The translations under genes were made by a program, and so were the position numbers. Below, in pieces: positions 1-10,938 of a stretch of DNA of 64,000 nt (its first letter is position 1; every line of letters starts with the position of its first letter). The stretch is from Lytechinus pictus (Eukaryota): the NCBI RefSeq assembly GCF_037042905.1, contig NC_087263.1, positions 10,850,001-10,914,000 of the forward strand, given 5' to 3'. The notes under the pieces were generated by a model. That model was not told the origin of the DNA, searched no databases, and saw only the letters and a list, made by a program, of their open reading frames with translations.

Positions 1-954
1 AAATTTGTCGTGAACTAGTCGGGACTATGGCACGAACCATTGACGCATTCCGTGAACTGACACGATAAAATCGCGGCAATGCGGAAACCCAAAATCGTGC
101 AAGTGTAATAGCAGCATATAAAAGCCTGTAACAAGATTCTAAAAATGCATTCTTTTTCAAAATTTATATTCACTGTTTGATAAAGTCAGGCTTGTCATCG
201 TTTAAACAAAAAATATATTTGAATCTCTTAGGGGGTAAAATGTGTCACATTAAAATGACCGAGGTAAATGCAGCAGAGGTAATAATGGCAAATGAATAAT
301 TGCAGAGGTAAAAATCGAAGAACTATAATGACAAAGGGAAAAATGGCAGAGGCAAAGATGGCAGAGGTAGTAATGGAAGGGTTAAAAAAATAATGGTAAT
401 GAGTGCACAATTTTTATTTGATAGATGTCATATGTTTCGTCAATCGCAAAAATTGCATGATTATCAACAATTAATTTAGATTCTGATATAAGAACGACAT
501 AAAAAAAATCACCCGTCTAGTATTTTTGTTTAAGAAAGTCCGTTCGTTTACAATTGCCTATTAATGATTTGTAATCAATATAGAATCGATTGAAAACTAT
601 ACAGTTATTACTCTATCAATAATGCTTCAGTAAATTGTTGGAAAGATATAATACAATCTGATTAAAGAATGAGTAGATAATATATTATAATTGGCATAAA
701 TAATTCATGAGGATGAACTAATGCTATTTGCTAAATATGACAAACCGTGTTTTACATTCTTCTGATTCGCATAACCGGATGTGACGATTATTTGTTTTGT
801 CCCATTCTTTTTTCCCTGTTTTATTATTTTCTACACGCTTGCCTAAATCGATCATCATCTTCTTCTCTTGCGGAATCCAACAAATTGCACTCACACCCAC
901 ACCCGACAAACTTTCACTCACAAACTGACATGTAGATATCAATTAAGCGATGAA

Positions 955-1034
955 CCCGCCCCTTTTCGTGACGTAGACCACTGTCGTCATGGCAACGCAA
1001 TGGACGTTCAAGGAGCGTGCGCACATTGACCAAT
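955..1034. promoter_or_regulatory. CpG-rich promoter-like motif cluster: GC box, CRE-like site, RFX X-box, CCAAT
   Basis: CCCGCCCC 955-962, TGACGTAG 969-976, GTCGTCATGGCAAC 983-996 (fits the X-box consensus) and CCAAT 1030-1034, all within 80 bp in AT-rich DNA, ~0.9 kb upstream of the neuropeptide ATG. Confidence 0.5.
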
Positions 1035-1896
1035 AATAAGTTACTGCTCATCGATGAGAATGACTTATGGCGAGTGACGGACATCGTTCACATTTGCACA
1101 TAACATACTGAATTTTACGGGCGATGGGTTTTTATAAGATAAGGCAGACCAAATTTCGTATTCATTAAAATATTTTTTTGTCGATTTTTTACTTTCATTT
1201 ATATAAGCGTCCACGAAAGACGAGTACTGTTAGTATGCCTTCTTAGTTTAGGTTTAAACATAATTTTTATAGTTGTATTTCAAGTGTGTGTGTTGATTAT
1301 TTCGTTTACATACTTGCTTTGGTGATCAAAAGATAATTCGTTTCCGCTTCCAATCCTGGATTTAAACTGATATTATATGAATTCTTTAAGATCTCTTATA
1401 ACAAAGTGAAAGCTTGTTATTTAGGATTTTCGTGCTTGTAGTGGCGCACATGACTGTAAATGACATTATTCATTGGTATTATCGCTATCAACAAGAAAAT
1501 CGTTAAAGTAGTAAAAGCGGTGGTGGGAGTGCATTAATTGACAAAACACGGTGCTAGTGAGTGTGTGTAATGGTAGCACGTACTTCAGCGCAGTCATTGT
1601 ATGTTCGAACTCTGAGAGACGTAAGACGATACTGTGTGAGCCGGCGTTCATTTAGCGCCAAAATTTCTCGATCCCACTGAAACACCAGATCGCACGGGGG
1701 AAACTGGGACGCCACCACCACCTTTCTGCTCGAAACTTTCGGACCTTACCCCACGTCACGGAGAGCATTTAATCCGAGAATAAAGTTTCTTCTGCTGGAG
1801 TCTGTGGTAACAAAAGAGGAACAGATATTGGGATAGATCATTCTTTTCGCGAGGCTTTAGAGGAATTTCTTTCCGGGCTCTTTGTTGCCGAGCAAT

Positions 1897-2064
1897 ATGC
1901 GCTGCTATACCTGGGTGCTCACGGTCTCCGTGTTCCTAACGACCGCAGTGCTGGCTATCGCCTCGCCGAGATGGCCCGGGGGAAACAGCCAACAGATGCC
2001 ACGATGGGAACTTGGAGATACAGATTTCAATTCACCTATTACCGATACAAGTTTTGTCAAACGG
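1897..2064 (+). CDS. SS1: First coding exon (56 aa) of a secreted neuropeptide precursor, probably SS1 (somatostatin/allatostatin-C-type, Spnp19-like)
   Basis: ATG at 1897 gives MRCYTWVLTVSVFLTTAVLAIASPRWPGGNSQQMPRWELGDTDFNSPITDTSFVKR. It has a hydrophobic signal peptide and a dibasic KR, followed by the canonical donor CGG|GTAAGT (2065-2070, phase 0). It closely resembles the N-terminus of the S. purpuratus SS1/Spnp19 precursor as I recall it. The exon structure is secure; the gene name rests on recall. Confidence 0.8.
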
Positions 2065-3918
2065 GTAAGTTTATGTCTTTGATAATTTCTTAACCATTAC
2101 GAATATGTGTACATCGAACGAGTCAGATTAATCTAGGGTGCCTGATTCACTTTCGAACGGACATTATAGTTTTGACAAGTTATCAAATTAAAGCTGAAAA
2201 TAAGTCATCGTATTGTCCTTTGCTTAAGAGGAAATCCTTTAAAGACAAGAAGTTGCAGAAACCTTAAAAATAAAATGCACCGAAGTACATCAGATCGTTT
2301 CGTTCACTTTCAGTACGATGATTCCATCATTTCCCAAACTAGGCTTACTTGTCGCTTAATGATTAAGAAAAAATGTAAGAGTCGAAATGCTCTTAGTCTG
2401 CTATTATACATGTGAGATATTCGTTAAAATACATGAAGAAAAGTTGGCTTGGTGTCCAAACTATCTGCATAGAATCTTCTTGCGATTTTCGATACCAATT
2501 TTATTTTGTTTTATATATCTAAAACATTTTACTAGAAATTAGATTACATAGCCTTGATATCCAGAGAGGGGCGACTATTGAATTGAAGAAATTGTTAAGG
2601 GCAATCATTCGACGACATTGATCACTGGATCCATAAAAGTCATTTCACGAATGAAAGTTTAGAAAAAAAGAAAGAATTGTAATTAGGTAATGCCATGCAC
2701 CACATATGTCTGGACAATGCATAAATTAAGAATCGTGATGGCAGGCTTACCATACTTAAACTGACCAAATATGGTAGAAGTGATGGAATCCGTCGGGTAA
2801 CTCTGAAGCATTTATGTGTCTTCCTTTTGAAGTTCCGTGAAAATTGATTGTCCCGTCATAAATTCTCCAATAATGAAACTAGAAACCATCCACTTCAATG
2901 TCACACTAATATAGTTTTCCCAGGGGAGCGAGGAGTAATATTTCCACATATCGAACGGATAGAAATATGGAAAATTACAGGGTAGTTCAAATGAAAAGAA
3001 GGAAAGAATAAACCGTACAGTAAACAGTGCATGCAAAAATCATACACTCGTTTAACTATGTTTATTAAATAAACTAAATGGCCTAAATGAAAGGAACAAA
3101 CAGGGGCACCGTAGAAAGAGTGACCGACGCGCTACGCCTATGATACTACACTTCACATTCCTACCGACCTTTTTTACTACTTGTGGAATCGTGGGCGGAT
3201 ATGTGTGGGGGAAATGAAGATGAATTCTAATATGGAGAAAATGAATGCATTGGAAGATTGGGAAAACGGATTAAGAGATGATCATAATGAGAGAGGGTGG
3301 GTGAGTGTATGAAGTAGGACAGGAGTCAGGCTATGAACATAGAAGCAATGATGAACGCGTCGTACCAACAGCAAATAATTTCCTTGAAAACATTCAGTCT
3401 GCTGTATACCTTGTATATATTTCCACCGAGACGTGATTATAACTCTTAGCAAAGTACTCTCTGTATCTTGTGATTTCCGTAGGTTTTCTTTTGGGATCAC
3501 TAAGGCAAAGTAGGCAAAGGGTTTAGGTTCTCTGATATATTTCCTTCTTTTATGCTCTAGAACTGTATAAGAAGGGATGGGACGCAACAAGGTCGACGGT
3601 ACGGATTAATGGCTCATAAGCATACATCTTAATTACAAAACACTTACAATGTTCTTGTTTGTGGAAACTCTTCATGATTTCAGAACAAAACACGACAGCT
3701 CTACAACAGCTGTTTTCTTCAGGCAAATCAATAGAACCAACTCCAAACCCGATAGATGTTATGTAATTAGAAATAATGAAAACTTAAATAGATTTGTCTT
3801 GGAAGCCGTTTGCCTTGTGGTAATGGCGGTATAAGGAACGTTGCATAGACCTCGGATATAAAAATGTCAAAATATGAGCTTTACTCTATTGTAAGGAAAA
3901 ACAGTCGATGTTCTTCAG

Positions 3919-4042
3919 GGGCCTGTTGCATAAAACTTTTTACCTGACAAAACTCTGGTAAAAACTGAAAACTAATTGACTTTAACACTCCGGTAAAAAC
4001 AACCTGGGTTTTATCAGGTAAAAAGTTTTATGCAACGGGCCC
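3919..4042. mobile_element. PIF/Harbinger-type MITE with CAG target-site duplication
   Basis: ~34-bp TIRs GGGCCTGTTGCATAAAACTTTTTACCTGACAAAAC / GTTTTATCAGGTAAAAAGTTTTATGCAACGGGCCC, flanked by CAG (3916-3918) and CAG (4043-4045). Confidence 0.75.
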
Positions 4043-4108
4043 CAGGAAAAGCACTGAGAGTACAAGAATACAGACCTCTTGGTAGGAAAATGTGCGAAAT
4101 ACTACATT

Positions 4109-4300
4109 GGTGACTCGACATTTGCTCCTGCAACAATTGCTCCGGGTTTCATTTCGTCTGTGCTAGGGTTAGGGTTGCAATAATGTTTTATGTTAGGTTA
4201 AGGTTTAGGTTTGGGGCAGGGTATAGTGTCAACTCCATTCTTTCGATCACTGTATGGAATTTATAGCAGAACGTTTTTCGCCGGAGCTAAACCCACGGAA
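4109..4300 (+). mobile_element. Non-autonomous element with subterminal inverted repeats and a TTAGGG-like core (copy 1)
   Basis: GACATTTGCTCCTGCAACAATTGCTCC ... CTAGGGTTAGGGTT ... TCGCCGGAGCTAAA. An inverted homologue lies at 54489-54700. Confidence 0.65.
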
Positions 4301-5966
4301 CAGCTACATTTTCTTTTACTTTCTTGTAGAGTATTGCCATTGTTTGTTTGGGATTTTTTTTTTCTTGTTGCATGAATATTTCTTTTCCCAAAACTGGGAT
4401 GAAAGTAATCCATAAGATGAATGTGTGTTGCCACCATTCTTGTTCTTTATGTGTCCCCAGATACCGATATCTTTCCCTTCAATTAATAGGCTTTAATATT
4501 CACCGGGTAGCGGTTACCTTGTTTACAAGAGATTCGTGGCTGACACTTAGAGTGAGAGGGGTCAGTAGGCAGCGTAATAGGGTCTGGACAACTGTCCTCA
4601 AACTTGGTCTCCATCATTGCGTCACATATTTTGTTGTGTCACCGCCAGACAAAAGGTAACCAGCCACCCCAAAACAACAAGAAGCCGTCAGGGAAGGTTC
4701 TGTGTATATATTCATATTATAGTACATGTACACTCGTTTTCAAAAATCAAAATTAGAGAAAGTTGGTCAATCTGAAGGGGTAAAGCTTCCTCTTCATACA
4801 GTCGAAATTTAAAGTTGTAATGAAGAAGAGAGAATTATACGCACAGTCTCAGGATCTCCTGCTTACCCTCTTACCATGATGGTACCCTCATGCAGCTACT
4901 GCAACATACGAAAGCAAACTCGTGAAAGTTTACCCCTAAAGTACACCGTTTGCTTTATCACTCCGTTGTGAGGATTATTGTGGTCATGTGGGAAGGAAGT
5001 AGTAACTTAGCCCCTCTTTTTACTGATAAGGTTGTTAACCGCCAAACAAAACCACTCTATGCGTTTAGGGAGGAGGGATACTGACTCTTCTTTTTGATAA
5101 GTGAGTGTTCTCTGTACATATTTTGGCATGGATGGCTCAGAACCGCACATCATTTTATTCTATCATGTCAGCTTCAAACTAAATACTGCATAACTTCTTA
5201 CCAAAGGAAAGAGCTACAATGGAATTCTTGATTTTGATTGGCAGTTAAGAATAGTTAACATGGAATGAAAAGGCAAAGTTACCATAATTAGCATAGGAGA
5301 ATATTTTATGCAACAGGGCCTTGACATATTCTTGTTGTATTCCACTATACTGCTCTTCCTAAAGAATCGAATTGCTTAACAATATAAATAGCTGGAGATG
5401 TCTGATATTTGGCGTTGAACTATGCCATATTCCTCAAAGAACCATCGGCATTCCCATGTATGCGTTTTCTTTTGTCATTGCCATTCTACCCACTGTCCAA
5501 TTCTTAATTCTATCTATCTATCTGGGATTCCTCCAACCTGGCCTGATTTTCTCTTCTACATTTATCTTCCATCATCATTTGGATTAAGCTATGGTTGACG
5601 AAAACTATGTCATTTCCGTTTCAGTATGATCCGATGATTGTTTATTTTACATTATTATAATCACGGTCTTATGCATTACAAATTGTTTTAAAAGATTTCT
5701 AAAACATGTATCAGGGAATGAGTTTCTGATTGATTCACAGACTGATCCGTAACGAGATTTCTAGTGAACATTATACCTTCACTATGAAGGTATACAGAAT
5801 TGTCATAATAATTATGAATAATATTATGACAATTCTGTATTCTTCTAAATAAGTTTTTATTAAAATAAAATGATTGGATAAACAGGGTTGAAAACCCTGC
5901 AGCTTTTGGGCGCAAGTTAAAGCACACTACATGGACATGACTTTCACCTATTATCGTGACATTTAG

Positions 5967-6260
5967 TAATAATAATAATGATATTAATAATAATAGGCAT
6001 TTATATAGCGCCATCTATCTAGAAATATTCTATTCCACATTGTTATTAATATTATTACCCCGACTTTAGCTCGAGCTGCTTTTCAGCGCTCATGCATTCA
6101 AGGAATTAATCCTGCCGGGTACCCATTCACCTCACCTGGGTTGAGTGCAGCACAATGTGGATACATTTCTTGCTGAAGGAAATTACGCCATGGCTGGGAT
6201 TCGGACCAACGACCATCTGTTTCAAAGTCAGAAGGCTAATCCACTGGGCAAAAACGCTCC
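5967..6260 (-). mobile_element. tRNA-derived SINE (Meta-like core, L2-like tail)
   Basis: Minus strand shows an A/B-box head, core CCTTCAGCAAGAAA...ACCCAGGTGAGGTGAATGGGTACC and tail GCGCTATATAAATGCC(TAT)n. Several homologues occur in the window. Confidence 0.85.
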
Positions 6261-6838
6261 CATTCAAAGAGTATTTCATTTTATCCAATAAATGTGCAAT
6301 GTTTTTAACAAAATAAAGCTCTTAGAATCGACAATCAATACATCATGTGTGAAAAACATGCATTTGCATGATTGACACTAAGTAGTACAACTGGATCAAC
6401 ATAAATTATCTGTTCGGCTTATTCACGCTGTTTTATGAAACTTCTGAAGGTTTCCATGACGAAGAATAAAGAGAGCAGGCCTAGTGATTTCACGGTACAC
6501 CATATATTCTTTCGCGGGCATGTGTTGGGCCTGTAAAAGGGACCACCCGATTTTGACATTTCGACAAGTGTGTTCTTGTCGTCTACACGAGAAATGATCG
6601 GAGGATGTCATGGTATTATAGTTTTGGATTTGCATTCACCATAAGGCCTTTTACATTAAGAAACATATCCAGAAACCCACGAGAAAAGAAGTTACCAACA
6701 ATTAGATTATCATAACCCTTTCAATGGATCCCGATCTCGTTTTAAATCGCCTTATCCTTGGAATTCCTTTTTTTCATTTTGTTATTTGCATAATGCCTTT
6801 ACACCTATAAACAACTCAAACATAATGTATCGATGTTA

Positions 6839-7003
6839 CACTGTAAAAAATGAAGTGCTAATTTAGCACTTACAGTGCTTGTATAGTGACTGCACTACGA
6901 GTGCTGAGTTTCTAGTTCAAATTTAAATTAGAAAACCAGCACTCGTAGTGCAGTCACTATACAAGCACTTAAGTGATAAATTAGCACTTCATGTTTTACA
7001 GTG
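6839..7003. mobile_element. Palindromic CACTA/EnSpm-type MITE (CACTG termini, TA TSD)
   Basis: CACTGTAAAA...TTTTACAGTG, nearly fully self-complementary over ~80-bp arms, with TA on both flanks. Confidence 0.85.
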
Positions 7004-8389
7004 TAAATTACTTCCTGATTGTGTTCAATTCTGCATTAAATTCATGAATAACACTTTCTTGTACTTAGTAACTCAAAATGGATAACTTACTCATTTATTG
7101 AATTTTACACTAGCCCTAGTCTTCTGAAAAAGAAAAAATCGTCACGAACTATATCCAAAGTAGATATGAACTGACTTATCGAAAACGGTCTTTATATGAT
7201 AATGATGGCATTCCCGGTATCCGCATATCATGCAATACTACGAAAAGTTCATTTAGGCTTTACACATTCCTTGTCGAAAGGGGAAGTAAATGGATGTAAT
7301 TCCTACTGTTTTTTTCTAAAAAATAAAAACAATTCCAATTTTACATCCTTATTCACGTATCTTAGTCTAAGCAGCTTCAGCCTATGCAATCCACGCTGAT
7401 ATCTAACACTCTTCAAAAGTAATCAAACACAATGCATATAAAGAGGTATGTGATAATAAGGAGCCACTTAAGTAATGGAAAATAATGTATTCATAGTCGG
7501 AGGGGAGAGTGTTGAAAGGAGAATTGACTGTCTTCAATGGAGTAAATGAAGGGCAAATTTTTGTATAGAATTATAATTTGAATAGAAGAATAGTACTGTA
7601 TATAGGTAGTAGATTTGGTTTTTTAGATTGGGTAAGATACAGGATGAAAGAAAGAGAGAGAGAGAGGCATATAAATAAATAGAAATAGAGAGGGAGAGAG
7701 ATAGAGAGAGTGAAGCGGAGAGACTAGAAGAGAGGCAGGGAAGAGGTAGGGAAGAGGAAGCGATTCGAAATGAACATGCTACAATTGTACTCTATCGAGG
7801 CCACTTAAATGTATCCATTAACAGGTGTCTATTCATGCAATGAATGATTTCCTCAAGTTGGAAATAGTCAAAGAAGTATCATAATCGGTTCCCTGTCGTA
7901 ACCGAGGGATTTACGCACAAAGCTATAGGGAGTTACAGACTTACAGAAGTCAATGGGTTAACCGTTGGAAGCATGCTTTGTGAAGTCTCACATCCGCTTC
8001 TTCATCATATGAAATATGAGGTGAACAAATCCCACATGATTAATTACATAGAAATGAAGGGCAAACGTGAAGAAAGGTAGCTTTGCGAATTGTGAATTAA
8101 TGTTTATTATTACGATATAAACTCAAAAGAATTATTCATGGGAACATAACGATAATGATAATGATTTTCACATGACGGTAATGAATCCTGATGAGAATGT
8201 AAGTGGTTCTTTACTGCATAAGTATCATGATGTTTTACACAAAGATTTAGACCAGGGACTACATGTAAACTATTGCATCAGTTATACACACAAAATGGAT
8301 AAATCGGGGTCATCAAACTTGGTTTTACTGTAATTTTCAGCGTTTTAATAATTGTGTGTCTGTTCTATACTATTGTTGCTACTATATAC

Positions 8390-8500
8390 TATTATAATTG
8401 TTACTATTACTACTACTACTACTACTATAAATACTACTACTACTACTACTATAAATACTTCTACTACTACTACTTCTACTACTATTACTAATTAGACTAC
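8390..8500. repeat. (TAC)n/(TAA)n microsatellite
   Basis: Direct reading. Confidence 0.9.
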
Positions 8501-8814
8501 TATAAATTTTACCTATTAGACACGGCTGACCGGGCAAAGATGCATTTAAATAATAAAGAAATGTAACATTAACGATGATCTTGATTAGTAATGATTCCAT
8601 AATCCATGACAAACGTATACACACACCAATACATAGGCAGAGACGGGTATGATATCACAGTGCAGGTCGAAAAAAAAAAAAGAATAATGACTACTTCAGA
8701 ATATTTATGACATTACATTAATGTTTAATGTCTTGCTTATATCAGGCCATATGCCACGTAGTGTAAATCATTTAATAAAAGTGAAAGGGGAACTCTCGTT
8801 TTTTCCTCTAAAAA

Positions 8815-9062
8815 AATAATGATAGTAGTACCAACATGCTTATTTAGCGCATATCACTGCCAATCGGGTATTAGTACCCTGGTTTTAGCCCCGCAGCCTT
8901 TTACAGCGCGGTGTCATGTCAAAAAATACATTACTGCCAGGTACCCATTTGCCTCATCTGGGTAGAGTGCAGCATAATGTGGATACATTGCTTGCCGAAG
9001 GAAATTACGCCATGGCTGGGATTCGAACCCACGGCCCCTGTTCCAAAGCCAGAAGACTAATC
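8815..9062 (-). mobile_element. tRNA-derived SINE, slightly 5'-truncated
   Basis: B box GGTTCGAATCC on the minus strand; same core as 5967-6260. Confidence 0.8.
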
Positions 9063-10666
9063 AAAATGATGTAAATACATTCAGAATGAATATCATAAAT
9101 ATTAAAATAATGTTGCTGATTCACACATATACATACATCAAATGCGATGGGCTCGGAAATAAAGACAGTGCAGATTTGAAATTGCATAGTGGCAACTTTA
9201 AAGTATCACATTTCTTAGTATGATCAGATCCACTCTGCCACTGATGTATTGTGATTTGCTCTCTTATCTTTGTATTTTTTGTTTTAATTACTATCAAAGG
9301 ATGACAAAAAAGGAATAAGAGAGCTTCAAAAAGGTGGTCGATGTAAAGAGAAGAGGAAGAGGGGGCAATAGAGAGAAAGAGAGGGAGGGAGGGAGAGTGA
9401 GAATAGAGATAGAATGCCATAATATTTCCAGCAGAGAGAAAGCCGCATCGATAAAATATAAAGAGCAATATTTTTCATTGACCAGAATTTTGATCATGGC
9501 AGTGCATTTGTCTCTCTGTCATTTACTTCCTTATATTTTTTTTGTAAAACCGAGAAATGACATGTAGGAAACGGAATATTGAAAGGACAAGAATGCAGGA
9601 GTGTGTGTGTGTGTATGAGGGTGGGTTTGTATGTGTGATTGTGTGAAGGTTGCCATGATAGGCAAACGAAATTGAAAAGAGACTTAGGAGTGTTTATGTG
9701 TTGTATGTGTGCGGGTGAATGTGTGTGTTTGTGTGCAGGAGAGAGCGCGAAAGAAAGGAGGGAAAGGGGGCGAAGGGCAATAAATATACTTATGATTTAA
9801 AAAAAAGTGAAAAAGGGACAGTTCTCCCTTGATCAATATGTAGTAAAGTGAAATAGAATAGATTTACAAAATTATGATATTTAGACAGATTGGCAATGTA
9901 AAGGAAACAAATAAAACAAGTGTAGTTGTTGTGTGTTCGAAATGAAAATCATAATTGGAGACAATCCGAGACAGAGGGAATGGGAGAGGAAACAAAGAGA
10001 TTAAGAGAAAATAAATATATATGAAGACAGACAGACAGAGAGAGAGAAAGAGAGAGAGAGGGGGATACGACAGGAAGAAGATAATAAATAGAGAAAGGCA
10101 ATATAAAGGAACTCAATTATAAGAAGATGCCAAACCCTCTATTTTGCTCTCTCCTTGGAGTCATTCAATCCCCACAACATATACCTAGTGCTTAAAGTGC
10201 ATCCGTTCCCGATTCCTACCATACTTGGCGGAAAACTTAGCATCTCTCTTAAAGCTCCAATATCATGCGTTCGTAGATCGTATGGTGAAAGCATCTTAGC
10301 CTCTAAGTATTTGTCATTTTATGGTATTTCCGTAAGATTTCACGTTTTGGGTTCTAGTCAGGCATTTAATTCGAGATCCGGGCTGTCATAATGCTGCGTA
10401 ATAACGGCAAACAGACATAAGTCACATTGCAACACAATTTGAGTTAACATTTACTCAATATAAAATTTTCATTTTTTGATTGGTGAATATATATAAACGC
10501 TTGATTGCCTAGCGATATATCGGGCAAGGCATCGCATTGAGTCTAGTTTATGAAAAAATATTTTTTGATGAACGTCAATTTTTATCTTGCGGAAAATATT
10601 TGTTTGTGTGTGATATTTGCACACATCTAACGGAGTATGCGAGCGTCCCTGGGTATGCTATATGTA

Positions 10667-10938
10667 GAGGTGATGTGGCTCAGTGGATAAGTATTCGGAC
10701 TTTGTACCACAAGGTCCGGGGTTCAAATCCCACCGCAGCAATAGCGTCCTTTGGCAAGGCGTTTATCTACATTTGCCACTCTCGACCCAGGTGTAGTAAA
10801 TGGGTACCCGGTAGGAATGAATTCCTTGAATGCTCAATGCGCCCGATCAGGGTCACCGTGCTAAAGCCGGGGTAATAGTATGCAGCGCTTAGAAACATTT
10901 GTATTAAGCGCTATATAAATGTTGCATTTTATTATTAT
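10667..10938 (+). mobile_element. tRNA-derived SINE (related subfamily)
   Basis: A box TGGCTCAGTGG, B box GGTTCAAATCC, core TCCTTTGGCAAGGC...GACCCAGGTGTAGTAAATGGGTACC, tail GCGCTATATAAAT...(TAT)n. Confidence 0.85.

Noticed and set aside
1882-2082. ORF-track protein starting at TTG 1882 and reading through to VSLCL-stop
   Set aside because: The plausible start is ATG 1897, which begins the signal peptide. The tail after 2064 is intron read-through past a canonical GTAAGT donor.
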